Positions 40,863 to 50,508 of a stretch of 54,843 nucleotides of DNA are shown one piece after another. Under the pieces are notes generated by a model, which worked only from the letters and a program-made list of their open reading frames with translations, ran no database searches and was not told the DNA's origin. Position 1 is the stretch's first letter, and every line of letters starts with the position of its first letter. Source of the stretch: Bacteroidota bacterium (lineage in GTDB: Bacteria > Bacteroidota > Bacteroidia > Flavobacteriales_D > Crocinitomicaceae); NCBI GenBank assembly GCA_006227105.1, contig SBFR01000200.1:1-54843 (forward strand). The letters are read 5' to 3'. The position numbers and the translations under genes are program-made.

Positions 40863-41489
40863 ATGTTTGCCAACAAATTGCACGAAAAAGCACACGAATT
40901 ATTGCGCGATCAAAAATATGAAGAATCAATTTCCTTTTTTGATAAGGCTTTAATCGAAAATCCTGAGCATCCGGATATCTACTCCGATAGAGGTGTGGCT
41001 TTTCTGCATTTGAAATTAAAGGAGAAATCACTGGATGATTTTGAAATGGCCTTGGAAATGCAACCCTCATACAGTTTCAGATATGCAGCCAGAGCTTATG
41101 CCAAAGATTTCTTCGGGGATACTGAAGGTGCTATTGAAGATTATGAAAAAGCACTGGAGCTTGATCCTGACGACGCAGTTTCGTACAATAACCTTGGGCT
41201 ACTGCAAGAAAAGCTGGGGTATAAAAAACAGGCGCAGGATAATTTTGAACGTGCCGATCAACTTTCAAAACAAGAAAACCATTTGTATCAGATCATGGAT
41301 GATCTTGAAGGTAATTCTGTTGAACCAGCTGTAAAAAATGATTCTCCCACAGAACATCAAACGATCGACCCAAATGCAACGCGAGAAAGAAACATCTCTA
41401 CTTTTCGTGAATTTTCAAGGATATTCACTTCAAGAAAACAATTCACTGAATTCCTTAAGTTTCTGAAAAACGGATTAAAAATCAAATAA
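40863..41489 (+). CDS. Tetratricopeptide repeat protein
   Basis: Repeats such as YSDRGVAFLHL, AIEDYEKALELDPDDAVSYNNLG; start moved to ATG 40863. Confidence 0.85.
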   Translation: MFANKLHEKAHELLRDQKYEESISFFDKALIENPEHPDIYSDRGVAFLHLKLKEKSLDDFEMALEMQPSYSFRYAARAYAKDFFGDTEGAIEDYEKALELDPDDAVSYNNLGLLQEKLGYKKQAQDNFERADQLSKQENHLYQIMDDLEGNSVEPAVKNDSPTEHQTIDPNATRERNISTFREFSRIFTSRKQFTEFLKFLKNGLKIK

Positions 41490-41496
41490 ATCGACT

Positions 41497-42081
41497 TTGA
41501 GTTCAATTGATCTTTCTTTTACAAGTGCAAAATCACCGAAGGCAGGAAAAATTCTGATCAGTGATCCATTTCTTGATGAAGATTATTTCAGAAGATCAGT
41601 GATCCTTCTTTGCAACCATGATGAAGAAGGAAGTTTCGGACTAGTACTCAATAACTATGTAGATATTGATTTACATCAATTAGAGGCAACCTTTCCTGAT
41701 ATTAAGGCAAGAATAAGCATTGGCGGCCCTGTGGATACTCAAAATTTATTTTTTATCCACACCTATAGCGACCTGAAAGATTCACTTGAAATTCGTGAAG
41801 GTTTATTTTTTGGAGGTCGATACGATTATCTTCTCGAAGAAATTAAAAAAGACCCCATTATCGGTGCCACTAAGGCTAGATTCTTTCTTGGATATTCTGG
41901 ATGGTCTAAAGATCAGTTAAAAAGTGAGATCAAAGAAAACTCGTGGATCGTTGCAGAGAACATTTCTAATGGAGAAATCATGAGAACCACCGATGATGAT
42001 TTGTGGAAATCTTTTCTATCGAAACAAGGGAAGCGCTTTAAAACTATTTCTAATTTTCCGATCAATCCAAACGATAATTGA
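41497..42081 (+). CDS. YqgE/AlgH (DUF179) family protein
   Basis: FRRSVILLC.H...GSFGLVLN, GGPV, RFFLGYSGW...QL..EI..NSW; TTG start. Confidence 0.92.
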   Translation: MSSIDLSFTSAKSPKAGKILISDPFLDEDYFRRSVILLCNHDEEGSFGLVLNNYVDIDLHQLEATFPDIKARISIGGPVDTQNLFFIHTYSDLKDSLEIREGLFFGGRYDYLLEEIKKDPIIGATKARFFLGYSGWSKDQLKSEIKENSWIVAENISNGEIMRTTDDDLWKSFLSKQGKRFKTISNFPINPNDN

Positions 42082-42093
42082 CAATCATCCGAA

Positions 42094-42489
42094 ATGAAAA
42101 GAACTCATTTTGTCCTACTTATTTTAGCTGCTTTTTTATTTGTACTTCCGGGATGTAAGAAGAAGTTGTTTGACCGTCGAAATAAATATATTGGAGATTA
42201 TACCTTCACTTATTCTTACCATTATTTTCAAGGTGGAACACTGATCGACACCTCAATTTTTTACAGCGGTTCAATCGATTATGGAAGCAAAGGGGAAATA
42301 CGGGTGAGCTGGGTTGACGGCACCGATAAAACGCTTGGAGTGGATAAAAATGGGGTCCTCACCCTGTGCAATAAAAAAGTAGGTAATATCAATGAAAGCC
42401 ACATTGGCTTTTCGCATGATGAAAATGTCTGCGAACCATTATTAGGAAATTCTGGATATACGCACAGTCTTTCAGGAGACAAACTCTAG
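42094..42489 (+). CDS. Hypothetical lipoprotein
   Basis: Lipobox LPGC followed by KKK, then DRRNKYIGDY. Confidence 0.7.
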   Translation: MKRTHFVLLILAAFLFVLPGCKKKLFDRRNKYIGDYTFTYSYHYFQGGTLIDTSIFYSGSIDYGSKGEIRVSWVDGTDKTLGVDKNGVLTLCNKKVGNINESHIGFSHDENVCEPLLGNSGYTHSLSGDKL

Positions 42490-42578
42490 CATCGTTAAGT
42501 TCTTCGTTAATAACTCCTTTCAGACAAGGTTCATTTGCCCTTTAAATCAATTTATTTTTGGGATATAATAAATTGAGC

Positions 42579-43856
42579 ATGAGTTTTCAGGTACCACTTG
42601 CAGAAAGGATGCGTCCAAAAAATCTAGACGAGTATATCGGTCAAGAACACCTGCTTGAAAAAAATGCCCCCTTACGAAGAGCACTTGATTCAGGGATGAT
42701 CCCCTCCATGATCTTCTGGGGACCTCCGGGTGTTGGAAAAACTACCCTTGCCAATCTTATTGCAACTCAACTCAAAAGACCTTTTTACACACTTTCAGCC
42801 ATCTCATCTGGTGTCAAAGACGTGAGGGAGATCATTCAAAGAGTTGAACAAGGTGGTATGTTTACTCAAAGCGGAGCGATCTTGTTTATTGATGAAATTC
42901 ATCGTTTTTCAAAATCACAGCAAGACTCTTTATTGGCAGCTGTCGAGAAAGGTATTATTACCCTGATCGGAGCTACAACTGAGAACCCTTCCTTCGAAGT
43001 TATTTCTGCTTTGCTTTCGAGGTGCCAAGTATACACATTAAGACATCACACAAAAGACGACCTTCTTCATTTATTGAACAAAGCGATAAGCGAAGATGCT
43101 TTCTTGAAACAAAAGAACATCAGACTGGAGGAAACGGATGGACTTTTAGCCATATCAGGTGGTGATGCTCGGAAATTATTAAATGTTTTTGAGATCATAA
43201 TAGGGACATTCGGGACCCAAAATGAAATAACAATCAATAATAAGATCGTTCAGGAGACTGCCCAGCAAAGTCTTGCAATGTATGATAAGGACGGTGAGCA
43301 GCATTACGACATTATCTCAGCATTTATTAAAAGTATTCGTGGAAGTGACCCCAATGCTGCCGTTTACTGGCTTGCAAGAATGGTAGAAGGAGGAGAAGAC
43401 CCTAAGTTCATTGCGAGAAGATTGATCATTTCAGCTTCTGAAGACATAGGCCTGGCAAATCCTAACGCATTGCTGATGGCAAACAATTGTTTCCAAGCTG
43501 TACAAGTGATCGGATGGCCCGAATCTCGTATTATTCTGGCACAATGCACAATTTATCTGGCCTCTTCTCCAAAAGGGAACGGCGCTTATATGGCTATAAA
43601 TAATGCACAGGCTGAAGTTCGGAAAAGTGGCAATCTACCAGTTCCATTGCCGCTCCGAAACGCTCCGACAGCACTTATGAAAGAACTTGGGTATGGCGAA
43701 GGCTATTTATACTCTCACGATCATCCAGGAAATTTCGCCTATCAGGAATTTATGCCGGAAGCAATTTCTTCCATGAAATTCTATCAACCGGGAAGCAGCA
43801 AGAAAGAAAAAGAAATCGAAGACATCATCAAACAATTGTGGAAGGATAAATATTGA
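42579..43856 (+). CDS. rarA: Replication-associated recombination protein A (MgsA) AAA+ ATPase
   Basis: PLAERMRP, WGPPGVGKTT, FIDEIHRF, GATTENP, SAFIKSIRGSD, ASEDIGLA. Confidence 0.96.
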   Translation: MSFQVPLAERMRPKNLDEYIGQEHLLEKNAPLRRALDSGMIPSMIFWGPPGVGKTTLANLIATQLKRPFYTLSAISSGVKDVREIIQRVEQGGMFTQSGAILFIDEIHRFSKSQQDSLLAAVEKGIITLIGATTENPSFEVISALLSRCQVYTLRHHTKDDLLHLLNKAISEDAFLKQKNIRLEETDGLLAISGGDARKLLNVFEIIIGTFGTQNEITINNKIVQETAQQSLAMYDKDGEQHYDIISAFIKSIRGSDPNAAVYWLARMVEGGEDPKFIARRLIISASEDIGLANPNALLMANNCFQAVQVIGWPESRIILAQCTIYLASSPKGNGAYMAINNAQAEVRKSGNLPVPLPLRNAPTALMKELGYGEGYLYSHDHPGNFAYQEFMPEAISSMKFYQPGSSKKEKEIEDIIKQLWKDKY

Positions 43857-43857
43857 T

Positions 43858-44775
43858 ATGGCAGCTCTTGTATTTTACATATTTGTTTTGCCTCTCTCCT
43901 ACTTGCCACTGGGATTTTCTTACTTATTGGCAGACTTGTTTTATTTGATCCTTATTACTGTTTTTCCATACCGAAAAAAGGTCATCGAGGGTAATTTGAA
44001 AAGATCATTCCCAGGATTAACACCTGCTGAAATTCTTAAATTAAAAAGAAGATTTTACAGACACTTTTCGGATATTTTAATTGAAGGAATTAAAAACCTT
44101 AGTATTTCAAAACGTGAATTGAATAGAAGGTTCACTGTGAAGAACCCTGAACTAATGCAAGAATTGTACGCAAAAAACAAAAGCGTAATTCTCGTTTCAG
44201 GTCATTACAACAATTGGGAATGGCTGATCACCTCACAATCCTTTTTGTTCCCTCACAAAGCGTATGGTATAGGAATGCCAATGAGCAGCAAATTCTGGGA
44301 TAAAAAGATAAATTCTTTGCGTCAGCGATTTGGAATGAAGGTGATTCATTCAGGGAATTTCAAAGAAGCTATCGAGGAATCAGATGAGCCAATTGCAATT
44401 CTAACCCTTGCAGATCAATCTCCTGGGGACTCCCACAAAAGCTATTGGATGAATTTCTTGAATCAGCAATCGGCTATCCTATATGGCCCTGAATACATGG
44501 CGATCAAGTACAACATGGCTGTCGTTGGATTCATAATCCGAAAAGTAAAACGTGGACACTATGAAATGGAACTAAAATTGATATGTGATGATCCCATAAA
44601 AACCAAATGGGGAGAGATTACTGAAGAACACATTAAAATGTTAGAGACAGCGATTATTGAAAAACCGGAACAATGGATCTGGTCACACAAAAGATGGAAA
44701 AGGGATGTCCCGACAGACATGGATAAACTAAGACAAAAACAGTATGAGAAATTTGAACAATTGGCTAATCGTTAG
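43858..44775 (+). CDS. Lipid A biosynthesis lauroyl/myristoyl acyltransferase family
   Basis: GHYNNWE (HxxxxE), LADQSP, PEQWIWSHKRWK. Confidence 0.9.
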   Translation: MAALVFYIFVLPLSYLPLGFSYLLADLFYLILITVFPYRKKVIEGNLKRSFPGLTPAEILKLKRRFYRHFSDILIEGIKNLSISKRELNRRFTVKNPELMQELYAKNKSVILVSGHYNNWEWLITSQSFLFPHKAYGIGMPMSSKFWDKKINSLRQRFGMKVIHSGNFKEAIEESDEPIAILTLADQSPGDSHKSYWMNFLNQQSAILYGPEYMAIKYNMAVVGFIIRKVKRGHYEMELKLICDDPIKTKWGEITEEHIKMLETAIIEKPEQWIWSHKRWKRDVPTDMDKLRQKQYEKFEQLANR

Positions 44776-45784
44776 TCTGTCATTACTGACTTTAAACGTT
44801 CTGAATGCTCAGGAAAACAAGTATACCAGAAAGAATAAAACTGCAGATACGATCCAGTACACCACTGATAAATGCTACTCAAGGAGCATTAAGGTAAAGG
44901 ATGGATTTCTGTATGCTGCTAATTCCAATGGAAGCCTTTATAGAATTGACCTTCAATCTGGATTATCCGTGAATTTAATGGAGAATAAAAAGTTTGAGGA
45001 AATGCGTGATCTGGAGATCGTCGGGGACACACTAATAGGAATGCAAAGCGGCTCTTATGGGGTACTGGCAATTCTGGACAATACCCAATTTCTTGATTAC
45101 GTTATCCCAAGTGGAAACATCTGGCACTCTGTTTTTCTTGACGGAATTGACTTTAAAGGAAAAACCGGCTTTGTAATGGGAGACCCGAGAAAGAACATTT
45201 TTACGCTTTCTTTTAGCGAAGACGGAGGTCAGACATGGCATGCTTGTGAAGGGAAGATCGAAGCAATGGAAGGAGAAGCTGGATTTGCGGCAAGTGGCAC
45301 AAATGTTCAGGTACTCAATGATTCTACCTTTGTTTTTGTGAGTGGAGGTAAAAAAAGTAGATTTTTTATGACCCATGATAAAGGCCAAACCTGGAAACAA
45401 ACATCCCTTCCCTATCTGACCAGTCTCACAAGTGGAGCATTTTCCATTTTTATGAAGGATTCACTGAATGGAGTTATTGTCGGAGGAGATTTTGCCAATC
45501 CAGACCTAAATCTGAATACAGCATTTTTCACGGATGACGGAGGTGAATTCTGGATCAATGCAGAAAAGCAACCCCGTGGTTACAGGTCTTGCGTACATCA
45601 CAATGGTGATGTCCTGTACGCCTGTGGAACTAATGGAATTGATATTTCCTTTGATATGGGACGAGAATGGATTCCGTTTGCTCATGGGAACTTTTTCTCT
45701 ATGACCTCAGACGACAAGTACCTTTATGCTACTATACCGAACGGAAGGATCGTGATCTTTGAACTGGTAGATTCGAAAAATTGA
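44744..45784 (+). CDS. BNR/Ycf48-like beta-propeller secreted protein
   Basis: Asp-box repeats SEDGGQTW, THDKGQTW, TDDGGEFW; EAGFAASGT motif. Confidence 0.82.
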   Translation: MRNLNNWLIVSLSLLTLNVLNAQENKYTRKNKTADTIQYTTDKCYSRSIKVKDGFLYAANSNGSLYRIDLQSGLSVNLMENKKFEEMRDLEIVGDTLIGMQSGSYGVLAILDNTQFLDYVIPSGNIWHSVFLDGIDFKGKTGFVMGDPRKNIFTLSFSEDGGQTWHACEGKIEAMEGEAGFAASGTNVQVLNDSTFVFVSGGKKSRFFMTHDKGQTWKQTSLPYLTSLTSGAFSIFMKDSLNGVIVGGDFANPDLNLNTAFFTDDGGEFWINAEKQPRGYRSCVHHNGDVLYACGTNGIDISFDMGREWIPFAHGNFFSMTSDDKYLYATIPNGRIVIFELVDSKN

Positions 45785-46425
45785 ATTTTTCAAAAAAAAT
45801 AGAAACCATCGTTAAAGGTCATTTTGCAGATGACCCAACGGGCCATGACTGGCATCATATTGATCGAGTTAGAAACATGGCTCTATTTCTTCAAGAAAAC
45901 GAAGGCGGTGATCGGGAAATTGTAGAAATAGCAGCTTTACTTCATGACATTTCCGATCATAAATTGAACGGAGGTATCTTAAACGACAACGGTAGAGCTT
46001 CAAAAGAAATCCTTGAATCTATTGATTATCCAAATGATCGAATAGAAAAAATAATTGCTATTGTTGACGCGGTTTCTTTTAAAGGAGCCGGTCAAGACGA
46101 CTCTGTAGGATCAATAGAGCTCAATATTGTAAGGGATGCTGATCGACTTGACGCTATTGGAGCAATCGGAATAGCCCGGGCTTTTGCATATGGAGGCCAT
46201 AAAAACAGACCCATTTATGATCCTTCGATTTCCTCTGAATTTCACGACAATTTTGAACAATACGCCAACTCAAAAAGCCATACCATAAATCATTTCTACG
46301 AAAAATTATTACTTTTAAAAAATCGGTTAAGCACTCCTACAGCAAGGAAAATCGGAGAACATCGACACAAGTACATGGAGGAATTTTTAACAGAATTCCT
46401 TAACGACTGGAACTTAAAAGGTTAA
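45781..46425 (+). CDS. HD-domain phosphohydrolase (YedJ-like)
   Basis: GHDWHHIDRV, ALLHD, DADRLDAIGAIGIAR, HFYEKLL. Confidence 0.92.
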   Translation: MNFSKKIETIVKGHFADDPTGHDWHHIDRVRNMALFLQENEGGDREIVEIAALLHDISDHKLNGGILNDNGRASKEILESIDYPNDRIEKIIAIVDAVSFKGAGQDDSVGSIELNIVRDADRLDAIGAIGIARAFAYGGHKNRPIYDPSISSEFHDNFEQYANSKSHTINHFYEKLLLLKNRLSTPTARKIGEHRHKYMEEFLTEFLNDWNLKG

Positions 46426-46431
46426 CTTTTT

Positions 46432-47382
46432 ATGAGCACACATTACAGCCTTGGTATTGACATTGGCGGAACATCCACTGAATACGGAATTGTAACAAAG
46501 GAAGGTAAGATCATTTATGAAAATGATGTGCCAACCTCCAATTTCCCTGAAGCTTCCGATCTCGTTAATTATGTATTTAGCGATCCGCAGATCCAACACC
46601 ACCTTCATTTGATCATTGGTATTGGAATAGGTGCTCCAAATGGTAATTATTTTAATGGAACAATTGAGTTTGCACCGAATTTAAAATGGCAGGGGATCAT
46701 TCCTCTCGCAGCAATGTTTCGTGAGAAATTTCATAAACCTACACTTCTTACCAACGACGCTAATGCAGCTGCAATGGGCGAAATGATTTTCGGGAACGCA
46801 AGAGACCTCAAAGATTTTGTTACTATAACTCTAGGTACTGGAGTGGGCTCCGGAGTAATTGTTGACGGTAGGCTTGTATATGGCCATGATGGTTTTGCCG
46901 GAGAATACGGACATATTAGAGTCATTCCGGATGGTAGACCTTGTGGATGCAAAAGAAAAGGTTGTCTGGAAACGTATGCGTCCTCAACTGGGGTTGTAAG
47001 AAGCATAGCGCTCCTTGATTCAGACAACAAGGCATTGTCCTCCATTGTTCAACTCGAAAATCCCACCGCAAAAGATGTTTTTGACGCATCTCTAAAGGGA
47101 GACCTTTTTGCATCTGAGATCATTGATTACACCGCTAAAATTTTAGGAAGTGCACTCGCTGATTATGCATGTTTTTCAAGTCCTAAGGCGTATGTCTTAT
47201 TTGGTGGAATTGCCCAAAGCGGACCTGATTTTGCGTCAAAAGTAAAAGTCTACATGGAAGAAAATATGCTTGTCATCTACAAAAATAAAGTTGAGATCCG
47301 TATTTCTTCGCTTCACGATAGCAATGCAGCGGTATTAGGTGCGGCATCTCTCATATTTTCACAATTAGATAAACTGATCTAA
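46432..47382 (+). CDS. ROK family sugar kinase (glucokinase-like)
   Basis: GIDIGGT, NDANAAAMGE, TLGTGVGSG, GEYGH, CGCKRKGCLE. Confidence 0.93.
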   Translation: MSTHYSLGIDIGGTSTEYGIVTKEGKIIYENDVPTSNFPEASDLVNYVFSDPQIQHHLHLIIGIGIGAPNGNYFNGTIEFAPNLKWQGIIPLAAMFREKFHKPTLLTNDANAAAMGEMIFGNARDLKDFVTITLGTGVGSGVIVDGRLVYGHDGFAGEYGHIRVIPDGRPCGCKRKGCLETYASSTGVVRSIALLDSDNKALSSIVQLENPTAKDVFDASLKGDLFASEIIDYTAKILGSALADYACFSSPKAYVLFGGIAQSGPDFASKVKVYMEENMLVIYKNKVEIRISSLHDSNAAVLGAASLIFSQLDKLI

Positions 47383-47383
47383 C

Positions 47384-50300
47384 ATGCGATTCACCATTGC
47401 AGTTATCTTCCTATCAACGTTTTCGATATACGGGCAAAATAAATCGGTAAACGATCTCCGAAAGTCCCAAGACATTCGAAAGAACTACATCGATAATCAG
47501 ATCAATAGCGACGAATTCTTCACTTCCAAGAGCCTTTATGTTGACCCTTTTATTGGAACTGGCGGTCATGGCCACACTTACCCAGGTGCTGCTGCCCCTT
47601 TTGGAATGATGCAGTTAAGTCCAGATACGAGACACGACGGTTGGGACGGATGCTCTGGATATCATTATTCAGATTCTATTATTTATGGCTTCAGTCATAC
47701 CCATTTAAGCGGAACTGGAGTTCCTGATTATTGTGATTTACTAATTGTTCCTCAACACGGAACTCCAAAGATCGAACCCGGTTATTTGAATCCTCAAAAA
47801 GGCTATGGAGATCGATTTTCACATGAACAAGAAAATGCCTCACCAGGATTTTATGAAGTAAAGCTTTTGGATCAGGAAATCCTCTGCAGAATGACGGTAA
47901 CGGAAAGGGCCGGAATGCACGAATACACTTTCTTGAAAGAAAAGGGCAAAAAATTCATCCTGATTGATCTTGATCACAGAGACAAATTATTGGATCATTC
48001 AATTATTGTTGGAAAAGATAAACGATCAGTTTCAGGTTCAAGAATTTCCCATGCCTGGGCAACAAATCAACGTTTCTATTTTCATCTTGAGACATCTACC
48101 CCATTTCAAAAGTCCAATCTTTTCACTAAAAACGGTCAGCATAAGCTCCTTTTGACTTTTCAGGAGGACACTGAACAGATCAAAATAAAAATAGGAATGT
48201 CTGCTGTAGACATTGATGGCGCCAAGAATAATTTAAAATCAGAAATAACGGACTGGGACTTCAATTACTTGAGATCGCAAACTGTAAAAAAATGGGATAA
48301 AGAATTAGGGGTAATCGATTTTAAAGCTACAGAGCTGAATACAATGATCATTTTCTACACTTCATTGTATCATTCATTTCTTCAGCCAAATCTATTTAGT
48401 GATGTTGACGGAAGATACCGTGGACGCGATGATAAGATTCACAAGATCGCTAACGACTCCCCTCAATACACGGTTTTTTCTTTGTGGGACACTTACCGAG
48501 CTACTCATCCACTTTACACATTGATACAACAAAACAGAACCAATCAATTCATCAACACCTTCTTGAGGCAATTTGAACAAAGTGGCGATCTGCCGGTTTG
48601 GGAACTAGCAGGGAATGAAACTGATTGTATGATCGGTTATCATAGCGCTTCAGTTATTGCTGACGCTTGGCTTAAGAATATTCGAGGGTTTGATGGAGAA
48701 AAGGCTTTGGCTGCAATGGTCACTACTTCAGAACACGATGAATTAGGTAAAAAAGTATTCAGGACTCAGGGATTTATTGGATCAGGCGACGAACCTGAAT
48801 CTGTTTCAAAAACACTTGAATATTCCTATGATGACTTCTGTATCGCCCAAATGGCAACATCTTTTGGGAAAATGGATATCTATCAGAAGTATTATAAAAG
48901 CTCATTAAATTTCATCAATCTTTACGATCCTGAAACCAAATTTATGAGGGCCAGAAGAGGTGCTATGTGGTATTCACCTTTCGATCCAACTGAAGTCAAT
49001 TTCAACTATACAGAAGCAAATAGCTATCAATACTCATTATATGCTCCTCATGCGATTGATGTTTTAACAAAATTAATGGGTGGGAAAGATTCCCTCGAAA
49101 ACTGGCTCGACCGTTTGTTTACTACCGAAATGGAACTGTCTGGAAGACATCAGGTGGATATTACCGGACTTATCGGACAATACGCCCACGGAAATGAACC
49201 TTCCCATCATATGGCCTACCTTTACAACTATACCAATCACCCGGAAAAAACTCAATATTACATCGATAGGATCTTTAAAGAAATGTATTCTGTTCTTCCG
49301 GATGGATTATCCGGAAATGAAGATTGCGGACAAATGTCCTCATGGTACATCTTGAGTGCATTAGGGATTTACCAAGTCACGCCGGGGCACTCTTGGTACG
49401 ACATTGGCCGACCACTTATGAATGAAGCAAAGATTCAATTCGAAAATGGTAAAGATCTCACAATCAAGGTAAAAAACAACTCTTCTAAAAATAAATACAT
49501 TCAATCCTTTTCTATTAACGGACAAAAACAACTATCTACTCAGATCAATCATGGAACCATCATGGATGGTGGAAACTGGGAGATAACCATGGGTCCAAAT
49601 CCAGTCGACTATTTCCCATTCAAGAGCACATGTCACTCCATAGAAAGCGTTCAAGAAGTTAAAGTCCCAATTCCTTTTATAAAAAATGACACGCGGATTT
49701 TCGACGATTCTATTTTGGTCAAGCTTGGCGCACATCCATCCCTGAACAATGAACAAGTTAATCTCTTTTACCGATTCTCGACAGATACGGCTCAGATTTA
49801 TGAATACAAAGCACCTTTTACCATTCATGAAAGTTGTAAAATAGAGATCAGCAGAAGAAACACCATTATTCCTGAAAAAGGAGCAATGCCTGGTTTATAT
49901 CTATATAATAGCCCTTGGGTTTCAACCGAATTCATTCAAAGGGATAAAAATGTGACCTTAGACCTTAAATCAAAGTATGACCACCAATATGCGTCATCTG
50001 GGCCTAATGCATTGATTGACGGTGTTGAAGGAGGTAATGAATTTAGAACTGGAGATTATCAGGGGTTCTGGGCTCAGGACCTTGTTTCTGAGGTCACCTT
50101 TAGTGACGCTAGAGTCATAAAAGAAGTAGGAATCAGTTGTTTGCAGGATATGAAATCATGGATCTTCTACCCTTCCGAGGTTCTCGTGGAAATTTCAGAA
50201 GATGGAACAACGTTCAAGAAAGTGGATCAAAACATTAAAATACCTGCATTCACTGATTATGTAGGCCCAACTAATCAGGACTTTACTGTAAAATTCGATT

Positions 50301-50419
50301 CACCGATTAATGTCAAGAAAATTCGCGTTACCGCTCGTAATTTTGGTAAATGTCCGGAATGGCACCTAGGTGCAGGGAGTGACACCTGGTTATTCTCGGA
50401 TGAATTGATTTTTAGATAA
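47384..50419 (+). CDS. GH92 alpha-mannosidase with C-terminal F5/8 type C-like domain
   Basis: VDPFIGTGGHGHTYPGA, FSHTHLSGTG, FSLWDTYR, YTEAN, HGNEPSHH, GNEDCGQMSSW. Confidence 0.94.
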   Translation: MRFTIAVIFLSTFSIYGQNKSVNDLRKSQDIRKNYIDNQINSDEFFTSKSLYVDPFIGTGGHGHTYPGAAAPFGMMQLSPDTRHDGWDGCSGYHYSDSIIYGFSHTHLSGTGVPDYCDLLIVPQHGTPKIEPGYLNPQKGYGDRFSHEQENASPGFYEVKLLDQEILCRMTVTERAGMHEYTFLKEKGKKFILIDLDHRDKLLDHSIIVGKDKRSVSGSRISHAWATNQRFYFHLETSTPFQKSNLFTKNGQHKLLLTFQEDTEQIKIKIGMSAVDIDGAKNNLKSEITDWDFNYLRSQTVKKWDKELGVIDFKATELNTMIIFYTSLYHSFLQPNLFSDVDGRYRGRDDKIHKIANDSPQYTVFSLWDTYRATHPLYTLIQQNRTNQFINTFLRQFEQSGDLPVWELAGNETDCMIGYHSASVIADAWLKNIRGFDGEKALAAMVTTSEHDELGKKVFRTQGFIGSGDEPESVSKTLEYSYDDFCIAQMATSFGKMDIYQKYYKSSLNFINLYDPETKFMRARRGAMWYSPFDPTEVNFNYTEANSYQYSLYAPHAIDVLTKLMGGKDSLENWLDRLFTTEMELSGRHQVDITGLIGQYAHGNEPSHHMAYLYNYTNHPEKTQYYIDRIFKEMYSVLPDGLSGNEDCGQMSSWYILSALGIYQVTPGHSWYDIGRPLMNEAKIQFENGKDLTIKVKNNSSKNKYIQSFSINGQKQLSTQINHGTIMDGGNWEITMGPNPVDYFPFKSTCHSIESVQEVKVPIPFIKNDTRIFDDSILVKLGAHPSLNNEQVNLFYRFSTDTAQIYEYKAPFTIHESCKIEISRRNTIIPEKGAMPGLYLYNSPWVSTEFIQRDKNVTLDLKSKYDHQYASSGPNALIDGVEGGNEFRTGDYQGFWAQDLVSEVTFSDARVIKEVGISCLQDMKSWIFYPSEVLVEISEDGTTFKKVDQNIKIPAFTDYVGPTNQDFTVKFDSPINVKKIRVTARNFGKCPEWHLGAGSDTWLFSDELIFR

Positions 50420-50508
50420 ACGATAGATTTTACTCGTTGAACGGTGATTCTCCTGAAGGAAATAGTACGTATTTTTACGTCGCTTCAAAATAAACCAAAA
50501 AAAGAACA

